Shown here one piece after another: positions 8,529-18,680 of a stretch of 59,735 nt of DNA; position 1 is the first letter of the stretch; the number at the start of each line of letters is the position of its first letter. Made by a program: the position numbers and the translations under genes. This stretch comes from a virus (Duplodnaviria > Caudoviricetes): IMG/VR virus record IMGVR_UViG_3300008012_000002, positions 1-59,735 of that record. One strand, written 5' to 3'. A model generated the notes under the pieces. It searched no databases. It saw nothing but the letters and a program-made list of their open reading frames with translations, and had not been told where the DNA came from.

Positions 8529-10645
8529 TGCTAATTGACGTCAAAGGATATGAAGATAAAGCTGTTGTTCTGGACCCTGGGGGTTCAGTGGGAGAGATCA
8601 TCGAACTCCATGGGGTTCTCGTTGCTCTACCAAAGAAGCCGTCCAGATCTGAGATTCTCTTCCATGACAAACCAAAGAAGATGCAGATGTGGCAAAGGAC
8701 ACCTATGCCCGAGGAACTGCAAAGGCTTGGAAGTATGGATGAGTGGTTCGAACAGCCTTCCGAGTTTCGAAAGCGCTTTTCTCCTTTCATCGAAAAAGAG
8801 TTTGAGCGCAGGCGTAACGGTGTTTGGTTTTACAACAATGGCGTCCCTACGTACATTACAGGGAGACATTACATGCTTCTCCAGTGGTCGAAAATCGACA
8901 TTGGGTATCCTTACTATCTTGCCTTCCAGCGTGAAATCTTTATCCACATGGCTGCGTGCGAAGCTGATCCCCGTTGTCTCGGTCAGCTTTATACTAAGTG
9001 TCGCCGTTCTGGGTATACTAATATCTGTTCTTCTGTACTTGTCGACGAAGCTACGCAGGTTAAGGATAAGCTGCTCGGAATACAGTCGAAGACTGGTAAG
9101 GACTCACAGGAGAACATCTTCATGAAGAAGGTCGTTCCGATCTTCAAGTCATACCCATTCTTCTTCAAGCCTATTCAGGACGGTACTACCAACCCTCGTA
9201 TGGAGCTTGCGTTCAGAGAGCCATCAAAAAGAATTACCAAGAGTAATAAAATTTCAAGAAGAGGTGACGCCCTGAATACAATCATCAACTGGAAGAACAC
9301 AACTAACAACGCTTATGACGGTGAGAAGCTACACCTTCTGTATCTTGATGAGGCAGGCAAGTGGGAAAAGCCAGTCGACATTCGTGAGGCTTGGCGTATT
9401 GAGCGTACGTGCCTTATCGTGGGTCGCAAGATTGTGGGAAAGGCTATGGTGGGTTCTACTGTGAATCCTATGGACAAAGGCGGCAACGAGTATAAAGATC
9501 TTTGGGAAGATTCAGACCCATCAAAACGAAATGCAAATGGACGCACACGTAGTGGCCTCTACAGAATTTTTATCCCAGCTTACGAAGCATTGGAGGGATT
9601 TTTCGACGTTTATGGAAACCCAGTCGTGGACGATCCTAGTGGGGACGTGGCTGGGATTGATGGCGACGATGTTCCTTCTGGCGCGAAATCCTTTCTCAAG
9701 AACGAAAGGGACAGCCTCAAAGACGACCCATCGGAACTCAATGAGGTAACTCGACAGTTTCCATGGACAGAAGAGGAAGCCTTCAGGGATAGCATCGAAG
9801 GCAGCCTATTCAACATCGGGAAGATTTATCAACAGATCGATAGTAACAACAATCTATATCCCAATCCAGTAGTAGTTGGTAACTTTATGTGGAAGGAGAA
9901 AGACAAGGAAGTTGTGTTCTCTCCGACACCCAACGGGAGGTTCAGGGTTTGCTGGCACCCAAAGGTGGAAAACAGAAACAAGTACTATGAAGAAAGAGGT
10001 AAGAAGAAACCTGGAAATCATCTTGTGGGTTGTGGTGGTGTTGACTCTTATGACCTTGACCAAACGGTGGATGGACGAGGCTCGAAGGGAGCTCTTCACA
10101 TGTACAACAAGTTCAACATGGATGCACCGTCCAACATGTTTATTGTGGAGTACGCATCTAGACCTGACCTCGCCAGCATCTTTTATGAAGACGTATTGAT
10201 GTGTGCTTTTTACTACGGCTACCCTTTGCTTGTGGAGAACAACAAGTACGGTATTGTAAGGTACTTTGAGTCAAGAGGTTACGACGAATACCTGATGGAT
10301 CGGCCTCAGTTCCTGTCCTCTGGCAGCTCAAGAGTCAATGTCAAGACGAAAGGTATACCTTCTAACTCTCAAGATGTGATTCAATCTCACGCCCATGCTA
10401 TCGAGTCATACATCCATGATCACGTAGGCATCAACCCCAAAACAGATGAGTTCGGTAAGATGTACTTCAACCGAACACTAGAAGATTGGATTGGCTACAA
10501 CATCACAAATAGAACAAAGTTTGACTTGACAATCAGTTCTGGATTGGCTCTTCTTGGGGCGCAGAAAACAAAAGAAAAGCCAAAGTCAACCTTCATTGAT
10601 AAGAAGTTTTTCCGCAAACACAAGACAAAAGAGTGGCACCGCTGA
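8528..10645 (+). CDS. terL: Terminase large subunit
   Basis: Walker A KCRRSGYT, Walker B LYLDEAGK, coupling motif GST, nuclease GGVDSYD and VENN. Confidence 0.92.
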   Translation: MLIDVKGYEDKAVVLDPGGSVGEIIELHGVLVALPKKPSRSEILFHDKPKKMQMWQRTPMPEELQRLGSMDEWFEQPSEFRKRFSPFIEKEFERRRNGVWFYNNGVPTYITGRHYMLLQWSKIDIGYPYYLAFQREIFIHMAACEADPRCLGQLYTKCRRSGYTNICSSVLVDEATQVKDKLLGIQSKTGKDSQENIFMKKVVPIFKSYPFFFKPIQDGTTNPRMELAFREPSKRITKSNKISRRGDALNTIINWKNTTNNAYDGEKLHLLYLDEAGKWEKPVDIREAWRIERTCLIVGRKIVGKAMVGSTVNPMDKGGNEYKDLWEDSDPSKRNANGRTRSGLYRIFIPAYEALEGFFDVYGNPVVDDPSGDVAGIDGDDVPSGAKSFLKNERDSLKDDPSELNEVTRQFPWTEEEAFRDSIEGSLFNIGKIYQQIDSNNNLYPNPVVVGNFMWKEKDKEVVFSPTPNGRFRVCWHPKVENRNKYYEERGKKKPGNHLVGCGGVDSYDLDQTVDGRGSKGALHMYNKFNMDAPSNMFIVEYASRPDLASIFYEDVLMCAFYYGYPLLVENNKYGIVRYFESRGYDEYLMDRPQFLSSGSSRVNVKTKGIPSNSQDVIQSHAHAIESYIHDHVGINPKTDEFGKMYFNRTLEDWIGYNITNRTKFDLTISSGLALLGAQKTKEKPKSTFIDKKFFRKHKTKEWHR

Positions 10646-10666
10646 TTTTAGTATATTTGTGCCAGC

Positions 10667-13117
10667 ATGTACAACAATAAACTTAAGAATTCTACTGGCT
10701 TTCCAGACCCTCTAGCAAGCAGAGGAGAGAAGGAGAGTGAGGAGTATGGCCTGAGATATGCAAAGGCCATCGAAGCTCAGTGGGGTAGTGTGGAGCAAGA
10801 CACATCTCTTCTTAGGCAGAGGTCTAGGACCTTTGAAAAGAATAGGGCGTATGCCAACGGAACCCAAGATACTGGTATCTATAGGCAGCTTCTGACCAGT
10901 CTCGACCCAAACAACGGTGACGGGACCATGCTCAACCTGGACTTCACGCCAGTGCCCATCCTACCAAAGTTCGTGCGCATCGTGGAGAACAAGATCATGT
11001 CGGGTAATCCATACCCAAACCTTGAGGCGGTTGATCCGCTTTCATCTTCCGAGAAAGACAGGGAGAGAAGAAAGGTTGAGATGATCATCAAAAAAAAGAA
11101 ACAGCTTAAGGACATCAACTCCAAGATTGGTCTGGACATCAGTAAGGCTGAGAAGCTACCAGAAACCCTTGAGGAGGCGGAGATCTTTATTGAAAACAAC
11201 GTAAAGTCTTCTGGGGAGATTGCGGCTCAACTTGCAACTCAGCTAACCCTGAAGTGGAATGACTTCCACGACTCTGTTTACAGGAGGTGTGTTCACGATA
11301 TAACTACGTTGGGCATGGCTGTGGTAAAGAGAACAAATGATCCCAACTACGGAATTAAGACTGACTACGTAGATCCCATTAAGTTTGTTCACAGCTACAC
11401 TGAAGACCCCAACTTTAACGACTTAGTTTACGCTGGACATATTAGACAGATCCCCATTTATGAACTTAAGCGTATCGCTGGAGATCAGTTCACCGAAGAG
11501 GAATACAAGAAGATTGCTCAAAAGGCAGCGTCTAAGTACAACTACAATGTCGGTAAGCTCAACGAAACGTTTTACGACAGGAAGAGAAATAAAACCAGGT
11601 TCGGTTATGACGAGTATATGATCGACATCATGGACTTTGAGTTCAAGGTTGTCGAGACAATGTACTTCGAGGAGAAGCCTAGCCAGTACGGAAACGTTGG
11701 CTTCTACCAGAGAAAAGGACCAAGCAAGTCTGTGTACAACAAGTCTATCAGTGAGATTGACAATGAGGTTGTTTACGGGGGTAGCTACATCCTTGGATGC
11801 GAAATGATGTTCGATTACGGACTGAAGACCAACGTGCCAAAGAATATGCACGACCTGTCTCGTGCCTGCCTTTCTTACTCAGTAGCAGCTACAAACTTGG
11901 AGAACATGATTCCCAAGTCCATGGTTAACAGCTGCATTGGGTTTGCAGACCAACTTCAGCTTACTCACCTTAAGATCCAGCAAGCCATCTCAAAGGCAAA
12001 GCCCGACGGCATTATCATTGATATCGAGGGACTGGAGAATGTACAGCTCGGTAAGGGGGGAGAACTACAGCCCCTTGAACTGCACGACATCTACGAGCAG
12101 ACTGGTGTGTTCTACTACAGAAGTAAGAACCCTGACGGAGGTTTCCAGAACCCGCCAATCAGAGAGATTGGAAATGCAGTAAGAAACATCAACGAGTTTA
12201 TTGGCATCTACAACCACTACCTGAGACTTATCCGTGACGCAACGGGAATCAATGAAGTGATGGATGCGACGTCACCAAACAGCAATGACTTGGTGGGTGT
12301 GCGCAATCAGGCCTTGGCTGCTGCAAACAACGCTATTGGAGATATCACTAATTCATCTACAATGTTGTTTAAGAAGGTGTGCTCCGATATCGTCAAGTGC
12401 GTTCAGATCATCCCAAGAGATTCCGTTCTGTTTAGATCCTACTCTAACGCGATCGGAAGCGATAACATGGATATGATCTCTACGTTCGAGAAGCTGTCTC
12501 TGTACAACTTCGGGGTGATGGTCGTTAAGGAGATGGAAGAAAGCGAGAGACAGTACCTGGAACAAAACATCCAAGTATCACTCGCTCAGAAGGAACTCGA
12601 CATCGAAGACGCAATCGCCATTAGACAGCTTAAGGACTTAAGTCAAGCTGAAAGATTGCTGGTCGTTAGACGCAAGAAGCGGGTAGCAATGAACCAGCAG
12701 ATTGCTATGCAAAACTCTCAACAGCAAGCTCAGATTCAGCAGCAGTCAGCAATGGCGGCATCACAAGCTAGACAGCAGGAGCTGCAGATGCAGACTCAGC
12801 TCAAGCTCCAGGAGATGCAAGCTAAGATGCAGATGGATATGGAGATGGAAAGAGCTAAGCATGAGATGCGCAAGGAGATCGAAATGATCAAGGCCCAGGC
12901 TACGCTCGGATTCAGAACAGAAGATCAGGAGTTCAAAGAGAAGCTTGAGGTTCTCAAAGAAGACAGAAAGGACGACCGTGTGAAGAAGCAGGCTGTCCAA
13001 CAAAGCAAGCTCATCTCACAAAGGGATGGAGTAAGAGGAGAGCTCCAGTCAGAGGACGAAGGACTCGCTGGAGAGGTACAACAAATCGTAAACCAAATCA
13101 CTGATGGCGAAGGTTAA
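10667..13117 (+). CDS. Portal protein
   Basis: 816 aa after terL, with TGINE motif and Gln-rich C-terminal coiled coil typical of podovirus portals. Confidence 0.85.
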   Translation: MYNNKLKNSTGFPDPLASRGEKESEEYGLRYAKAIEAQWGSVEQDTSLLRQRSRTFEKNRAYANGTQDTGIYRQLLTSLDPNNGDGTMLNLDFTPVPILPKFVRIVENKIMSGNPYPNLEAVDPLSSSEKDRERRKVEMIIKKKKQLKDINSKIGLDISKAEKLPETLEEAEIFIENNVKSSGEIAAQLATQLTLKWNDFHDSVYRRCVHDITTLGMAVVKRTNDPNYGIKTDYVDPIKFVHSYTEDPNFNDLVYAGHIRQIPIYELKRIAGDQFTEEEYKKIAQKAASKYNYNVGKLNETFYDRKRNKTRFGYDEYMIDIMDFEFKVVETMYFEEKPSQYGNVGFYQRKGPSKSVYNKSISEIDNEVVYGGSYILGCEMMFDYGLKTNVPKNMHDLSRACLSYSVAATNLENMIPKSMVNSCIGFADQLQLTHLKIQQAISKAKPDGIIIDIEGLENVQLGKGGELQPLELHDIYEQTGVFYYRSKNPDGGFQNPPIREIGNAVRNINEFIGIYNHYLRLIRDATGINEVMDATSPNSNDLVGVRNQALAAANNAIGDITNSSTMLFKKVCSDIVKCVQIIPRDSVLFRSYSNAIGSDNMDMISTFEKLSLYNFGVMVVKEMEESERQYLEQNIQVSLAQKELDIEDAIAIRQLKDLSQAERLLVVRRKKRVAMNQQIAMQNSQQQAQIQQQSAMAASQARQQELQMQTQLKLQEMQAKMQMDMEMERAKHEMRKEIEMIKAQATLGFRTEDQEFKEKLEVLKEDRKDDRVKKQAVQQSKLISQRDGVRGELQSEDEGLAGEVQQIVNQITDGEG

Positions 13118-13442
13118 TCTAGATACAGCTTCACGGCTTGACATTACATGCAGGAAGGGAGATACTTTTTCCCTTGTTATTGATTTCGGAGAAGCTATCT
13201 CTGCGACAGCCTCAAACTACTCGATGAAAGTAGCCGAGACAGACACTTCTGGATCTTTCGAGTTTACCTCCACCTCTGGCAACTTTAGCCCATCAGGAAA
13301 TAAACTCACCATTTCCATCGCAGCCTCAACGACCTCGACATGGGACTCTGGGAACTACGTTTACGATCTTCAAGAGAGCGACGGTGGCGTAGTGCAAACC
13401 AGACTGTACGGCTCATTTGTGATCAATGAAGATGTAAGCTGA
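13104..13442 (+). CDS. Ig-like/BppU-N-like virion protein
   Basis: GDTF...YVYDLQ...G.F pattern; precedes the tail fibre. Confidence 0.55.
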   Translation: MAKVNLDTASRLDITCRKGDTFSLVIDFGEAISATASNYSMKVAETDTSGSFEFTSTSGNFSPSGNKLTISIAASTTSTWDSGNYVYDLQESDGGVVQTRLYGSFVINEDVS

Positions 13443-15994
13443 TGGCTTCCGTCAACATTGTCCAAGGAACCACCCCTGTGGTAAAGGTGACTGGAAGCTC
13501 GGTCCCCGAGATTAAAGTTACAAACCCTACCGTCAACGTTGTTAAGGTAGTCGGTGGTACGCTTTCGTTTGAGAATGTAACTATCCCGAGCGTCCCCTCT
13601 GGCGGGCTTGAGTATCAGTTCCTGACTTCAGAGAATGATGAAGGTACGTGGGATTACGTTCAAAACATTTTTGTTGAGGTACAAAACGGAACAGCGGGAT
13701 CTATCTCAGAGGGGACACCGATATACGCTGTTGGTCTTAGCGGCAATAGAATTACAGTAGGTTTAGCTTCTGCTAATTCCTCGACCTCTATGCCTTGCAT
13801 TGGTATTCTTTACCAAACGCTTGCTGTCGGGGCTCATGGATACGCAGTGACCGCAGGCGTTTACAAGAAGACTATTAGTGGTCTTACTGGAGTGTCTGTT
13901 GGGGATACCATTTACGTAGGGTCTAGTGGCGGTTTAACCACTACCAAGCCTTCGCACCCAGACTTGATTCAGAACATTGGTGTTGTCCTGAAGACAAACG
14001 GTAGTAACATTCAGAAGATGAAGGTGTCTGCCATTGACAGGGTGAACGACGTACCGAACATCACTCAAGGCAAGTTCCTTATTGGTGGATCTTCATACGC
14101 TGAAGAGTCTGCATACACACTACCGACATCTGACGGAACTCAGAATCACTACCTGAAGACAGACGGAAGCGGAGCTGTCACCTTTAATCAGATTGCTTAC
14201 TCTGAAATCTCTGGAGTCCCAACGCTCCCAGCAAACAACGGAGAGCTTTTGATTGGGGGTACCAGTGGAGTCAACATATCCACGCTTACAGCAGGTACTG
14301 GTATTACCATCGCTAACGCTGATGGTCAGATCACCATTACGAGTACCGTTTCAGAACCTGGAGCAGATACTCACTTGGGTAACGCAAACCTCACGTTGAC
14401 TGCTGACAGGACTCACGATCTTGACGGAAACTACCTTTACTTCAAGGACGGTGCTGATCCTATCCTGTACTTAGCCGATGGAACAAACAGAGTAGGCGTA
14501 AACACCACATCTCCAGATCAAGCTCTTCACGTAGCTGGACAAATTAAGATTGACGACGGGTCAAACCCATACACCTTCCCAGCGGCAGACGGGTCATCGT
14601 CTGAAATTCTTATTACAGATGGTAGCGGAACTTTGTCCTTTACTGTCAATAACACTGTAGGGTTGGCTGATGTGTCCGCGACTGCAGCTGACACAGCGGG
14701 AGATGTTCTGATCTGGGATAACACAAATACAGAGTGGGTTCCCAACAACCTTACTGCAGGCACTGGCATCACAATCACAAATGCTGACGGTAGCGTTACG
14801 ATTGCATCTACTGGCACTGACCTTACGGTAGAGGAGGTGGACGGAACTCCAAGTGTTTCAAGTGTCTCGACAATCAAGGTTACAAACGGAACACTTACCG
14901 ACAACGGTAGCGGGGTGGTGACTATCGACACTGGAGGTGCAGACACCCACATAGGAAATACAAATCTAACTGTTCCATCGAGCACCATTAGAACCTTAAG
15001 CTTTGGGTCTAATTCTATACTTGATCTAAACTTTGACCAAAACACTAACACTGGTCTTAGAATACAAAGTGTGACTGGTGCTAGTACGCACTCAATGTTG
15101 ACCGTAGGAAGGGTGGCAGCTGACCAGTACGGTACCACCGTTACGGGAGAACTTATCGTTGAGGACGATCCTTCCGCTAGTAAAAGAAATAGTCTTACCT
15201 ACGCCTCCAATGGAGGTCAATTAAGACTTTTTGGTCCGACGACTATGACGGCGGATTACAGCATTGTGTTCCCCTCTTCTAGTCCAGGAGCAAACAGTAA
15301 AATTCTTGAGTCGGACTCCTCTGGAAATCTTTCCTGGATTGACACCCCGACAGGAGGTACCATTACGGTTAAGGATGTTGATGGCTCTCCAACCGTGGGT
15401 GGTGTTAATGTGATTCAGGTCACTAATGGAACGCTTACAAATAACGGGGGAGGTACAGTAACTATTGATACATCTGGAGCTGTTGATGTTTCTGGAACTC
15501 CAACAGCAGGTCAGCTTGCGCAGTGGGTGGATGTCAACACGATTGAGGGTAGTGATAGCACAACTGCTAAGCAAGTAACTGGTGCAGCTGGAGTTAGCGC
15601 GGCGGGAGACTACGGCACTGGATCTCTTATTTCTGCAAAGCTTGGAGCAAACACTGGTAGCTTGACAGCAGGTCACATCTACAGGATAGGCTCGTCGGCC
15701 TGGTCAAAAACAAATGCCGATGCCGAAGCTGATGCTGTGGGATTGATTGCAATGGCTGTAGGAACAAGCGCCTGGAACAATATGCTTCTTAGAGGTTTTG
15801 TTAAAGTGTCTGGAGCAAACGCACTCGCAGGAGGATCTATCGGTGATCCAATCTACTTGTCAACGGTTGACGGCCAAGTATCTATAAACCCACCAACGGC
15901 TACCAATCATATCTCAAGGGTCGTGGGTTATTTGATCAATACTACTGGAACAATATACTTTGATCCGTCTCAAGACTGGGTTAAAATTTCCTAA
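13442..15994 (+). CDS. Tail fibre protein
   Basis: Gly/Thr/Ser-rich with internal repeats (LTAGTGITI.NADG x2; L.TDGSG.L.F; VTNGTLT.NG.G.VTIDT x2). Confidence 0.8.
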   Translation: MASVNIVQGTTPVVKVTGSSVPEIKVTNPTVNVVKVVGGTLSFENVTIPSVPSGGLEYQFLTSENDEGTWDYVQNIFVEVQNGTAGSISEGTPIYAVGLSGNRITVGLASANSSTSMPCIGILYQTLAVGAHGYAVTAGVYKKTISGLTGVSVGDTIYVGSSGGLTTTKPSHPDLIQNIGVVLKTNGSNIQKMKVSAIDRVNDVPNITQGKFLIGGSSYAEESAYTLPTSDGTQNHYLKTDGSGAVTFNQIAYSEISGVPTLPANNGELLIGGTSGVNISTLTAGTGITIANADGQITITSTVSEPGADTHLGNANLTLTADRTHDLDGNYLYFKDGADPILYLADGTNRVGVNTTSPDQALHVAGQIKIDDGSNPYTFPAADGSSSEILITDGSGTLSFTVNNTVGLADVSATAADTAGDVLIWDNTNTEWVPNNLTAGTGITITNADGSVTIASTGTDLTVEEVDGTPSVSSVSTIKVTNGTLTDNGSGVVTIDTGGADTHIGNTNLTVPSSTIRTLSFGSNSILDLNFDQNTNTGLRIQSVTGASTHSMLTVGRVAADQYGTTVTGELIVEDDPSASKRNSLTYASNGGQLRLFGPTTMTADYSIVFPSSSPGANSKILESDSSGNLSWIDTPTGGTITVKDVDGSPTVGGVNVIQVTNGTLTNNGGGTVTIDTSGAVDVSGTPTAGQLAQWVDVNTIEGSDSTTAKQVTGAAGVSAAGDYGTGSLISAKLGANTGSLTAGHIYRIGSSAWSKTNADAEADAVGLIAMAVGTSAWNNMLLRGFVKVSGANALAGGSIGDPIYLSTVDGQVSINPPTATNHISRVVGYLINTTGTIYFDPSQDWVKIS

Positions 15995-15997
15995 TTG

Positions 15998-16906
15998 ATG
16001 AGTACTGCAAACGAGCTAAGCGGAATCGCCGTAGCAAACATCTCTGAAGTGAGCGGAGTTGCCAACAACGCAATCTCTGAGGTGAGCGGTATTGCTTTAA
16101 CTCAGGCCGCCAACCTATCCATTACTTGGAATTTTGACGACCAAACTGTTGCTACAAGTACTTCAGCTACTAATGCTGGTTGGGTTCCCTCTCTTACTCA
16201 TTCATCATGGGTTAATGGGGGTGCAGCAGTGGACAATCTTAACGGATACTGGAGCGGCGACCCAGGAACTCCAGCAACGAGTACAAACCCATCTCCTGGA
16301 AAGGTTAGTTATGGATGGCGGTGCGATAGCAATGCCACAAGCTCAGCGAGTACAGGCCCTCTTGGGGCGCTTAACGCAGCTCTAAATGGAACCCACGATA
16401 CTGGAACCTCCACTAAGTATATCTTTTCAGAGACCAGTGGGACGCTCGGGACAAATCTGAATGTATGTAGGACTCCAGGCTTTACGCCTAGAACCGATAT
16501 GACAGACTTTGCCAACAACGACTTGAAGCTAAAGTTTTGGCTTCACGCTTTTGGAGATTCTATTGATTATCTTAGAGTGTATGTAGATGACGCTCAATCT
16601 TCAAATACTTCAAACGCACTTGAGTATGTGAAGTTTATTGGATCTTATTCTGGAACTAGTGCGGGTACAGGAACTTCGACAATGACAGCGTCTGCTGCAA
16701 ACCACACGCAAGTTTCACCAACAACACTCACTTACTCAAATGGCCTTTCCTCTCTCTGGATACAGGTTGAGATATCTTTGAACAATCTTAGAGGCCTTAA
16801 CGTGCCTCAGTACATTTACTTTGTCGCCGCAGCAAAACCTGGAATTGCCAATCAAAGATTCAGAGGTGACATTGCTATTGACCACGTACAAATCATAGAA
16901 GAGTAA
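15998..16906 (+). CDS. Putative receptor-binding/tail protein with a MAM-like domain
   Basis: TGP...HDTG, Y...ETS, FWLHAFG...LRVY, W..VEISL and GDIAID match MAM-domain landmarks. Confidence 0.65.
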   Translation: MSTANELSGIAVANISEVSGVANNAISEVSGIALTQAANLSITWNFDDQTVATSTSATNAGWVPSLTHSSWVNGGAAVDNLNGYWSGDPGTPATSTNPSPGKVSYGWRCDSNATSSASTGPLGALNAALNGTHDTGTSTKYIFSETSGTLGTNLNVCRTPGFTPRTDMTDFANNDLKLKFWLHAFGDSIDYLRVYVDDAQSSNTSNALEYVKFIGSYSGTSAGTGTSTMTASAANHTQVSPTTLTYSNGLSSLWIQVEISLNNLRGLNVPQYIYFVAAAKPGIANQRFRGDIAIDHVQIIEE

Positions 16907-17106
16907 TGACCAGAACAGCTTACTATTTATGCACAGGATCTTCCTACTGCGTAGTAGAGTCAGACATGGTTACTGAAATCTCTCAGTATAAGGCATGCGA
17001 CTTGCCTTCAGATGACCCAGAGGTAGGCGATTCTCAAAGAGGTGTTTACGACGTCAAGGCATCGACATTTACCTTCGATACAGGGGGTACAATACTTCTG
17101 TCTTAA
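16906..17106 (+). CDS. Hypothetical protein
   Basis: 66-aa ORF coupled by TAATG. Confidence 0.6.
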   Translation: MTRTAYYLCTGSSYCVVESDMVTEISQYKACDLPSDDPEVGDSQRGVYDVKASTFTFDTGGTILLS

Positions 17107-17123
17107 TAGATTATATTTGCATT

Positions 17124-17411
17124 ATGCCAACACCTATCAAGGCAGCAAAGGGCGTCAGTCTGAAAATGGGTAAGCATAAGTCCAGAAGCGGAGGGCTTAC
17201 GGCTGCTGGTGTGGCTAAGTACAACAGGGAGACTGGTAGCAATCTTAAGACGGCTGTAACCACCCCACCGTCAAAACTCAAGAAGGGAAGCAAGGCTGCA
17301 AAAAGACGTAAGTCTTTCTGCGCCAGGATGAAGGGTGTAAAGGGTCCAATGAGAAAACCAAACGGCAAGCCCACACGAAAGGCGCTTGCTCTTAGAAAGT
17401 GGAATTGTTAA
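17124..17411 (+). CDS. Small basic conserved phage protein
   Basis: GGLT.AG...YN...GSNLK...RRKSFCARM...ALRKWNC, recalled from aquatic phages. Confidence 0.75.
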   Translation: MPTPIKAAKGVSLKMGKHKSRSGGLTAAGVAKYNRETGSNLKTAVTTPPSKLKKGSKAAKRRKSFCARMKGVKGPMRKPNGKPTRKALALRKWNC

Positions 17412-17596
17412 TGAAGGCCGTAAAGAAAAATCCAAAGAAGCTGTCCGTGTCTAGCAAGAAGGTCAGCATTGATCCACCAAGTGGTTATCACTGGATGGAA
17501 GAGTCGGGTAGGTACTACCTGATGAAAGGCGACTATAAACCTCACCCAGGAGCTGTAGCTAAGGCATCCTTCAAATTAGTGAATCATGCGAAATGA
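17411..17596 (+). CDS. Small basic hypothetical protein
   Basis: MKAVKK...PPSGYHWM; coupled start. Confidence 0.65.
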   Translation: MKAVKKNPKKLSVSSKKVSIDPPSGYHWMEESGRYYLMKGDYKPHPGAVAKASFKLVNHAK

Positions 17597-18266
17597 CGTA
17601 ATTAAAATGCTTCTGGAAGGGGGCTACCTGTCTACTGGAAATCCTACTGGAAATCCTACTGGAAATCCTACTGGGGGTCCAGGCAAGCCCACAACGAAGA
17701 CAGTAACCTCCTCAACTAGGCTGGCTACAGATCAGGCTACGGCTGATGATCTTCCCGATTATACGCAAAGCGAAACATCTCCTGGAAGTAACTTGTTCGA
17801 CACAGTGACATCAGAAGACGTCGAAGCAAGGCTGTCTGAAGAATCTTGGTTTAACCCCAACGATCCTATGTTTGGGGAGGGAGGGTTTGATGTGACTAAC
17901 TCGGATCACGTGACAGCCTACCAAGAGATGTACAACGATTTGGCTCCAGAGGATCAACAGATTCAAGTTGATGGTGACTGGGGTAAGCAGACACAGACCG
18001 CTCACATTCCAATGGAAACTATTGTTGTCGAAAGAGAAGATGAAGATGAATACGAGGACGAGGACGACGACGAGAGTTTTCGCGTTGGCGGACCGCCTCC
18101 TCAGACACGTAGTAGCGGGAACACGAAAGGCTACAGAGGTAAGGGCAGAGCTGGCATCGCTGGAGACAAGAGTGTGCTCGGAGGTAGGTCTGCATACAGA
18201 GGGATCTTTGGCATAAGAAAGAAAAATAAAGCAGGAAGGGGTAGGTTGTTTAGGCCAAAAGTATAA
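17586..18266 (+). CDS. Hypothetical protein with a peptidoglycan-binding-like motif
   Basis: YQ..YN...IQVDGDWGKQT resembles the PG_binding_1 VDG..G..T motif. Confidence 0.55.
   Translation: MRNDVIKMLLEGGYLSTGNPTGNPTGNPTGGPGKPTTKTVTSSTRLATDQATADDLPDYTQSETSPGSNLFDTVTSEDVEARLSEESWFNPNDPMFGEGGFDVTNSDHVTAYQEMYNDLAPEDQQIQVDGDWGKQTQTAHIPMETIVVEREDEDEYEDEDDDESFRVGGPPPQTRSSGNTKGYRGKGRAGIAGDKSVLGGRSAYRGIFGIRKKNKAGRGRLFRPKV
17632..17675 (+). repeat. 12-bp tandem repeat (ACTGGAAATCCT x3+, encodes TGNP)
   Basis: Seen directly in the sequence. Confidence 0.85.
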
Positions 18267-18268
18267 TC

Positions 18269-18433
18269 ATGGCAAAGGCAGTAAAGTCAAGCAAGGATGC
18301 GTGCTACCACAAGGTCAAGGCTAGATATAAAGTCTGGCCCTCTGCTTACGCATCAGGAGCTGTAGCTAAGTGCAGAAAAGTAGGAGCAAGTAACTGGGGC
18401 AATGGCGGTAAGAAAAACAAAAGCAGGTCTTAA
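18269..18433 (+). CDS. Small basic conserved phage protein (not in the ORF track)
   Basis: MAKAVKSSKDACYHKVKARYKVWPSAYASGAVAKCRK, recalled from aquatic phages. Confidence 0.7.
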   Translation: MAKAVKSSKDACYHKVKARYKVWPSAYASGAVAKCRKVGASNWGNGGKKNKSRS

Positions 18434-18653
18434 TCTAAAGCGCTGGTTCAAAGAGGATTGGCGAACGCTATCGGGCGACAAGGATTACTCTAAGGGTGAT
18501 CGTTCGTTCCGTCCTACAAAAAGGATTTCTGAGGACACCCCCGTAACAGCTTCAGAACTTACGCCCGCAGAAAAGGCACGAGGTAGAAAAGAGAAGAAAG
18601 AGAAGGGCAGGGTAAGCAGATGGAAGGCCATCAAGAAGAATAAGAAAAAGTAA
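18402..18653 (+). CDS. Small basic phage protein
   Basis: LKRWFKEDW...RPTKRIS..TP.TASEL motif. Confidence 0.7.
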   Translation: MAVRKTKAGLNLKRWFKEDWRTLSGDKDYSKGDRSFRPTKRISEDTPVTASELTPAEKARGRKEKKEKGRVSRWKAIKKNKKK

Positions 18654-18680
18654 TCTATATTTGCACTAATAATTTAATTC

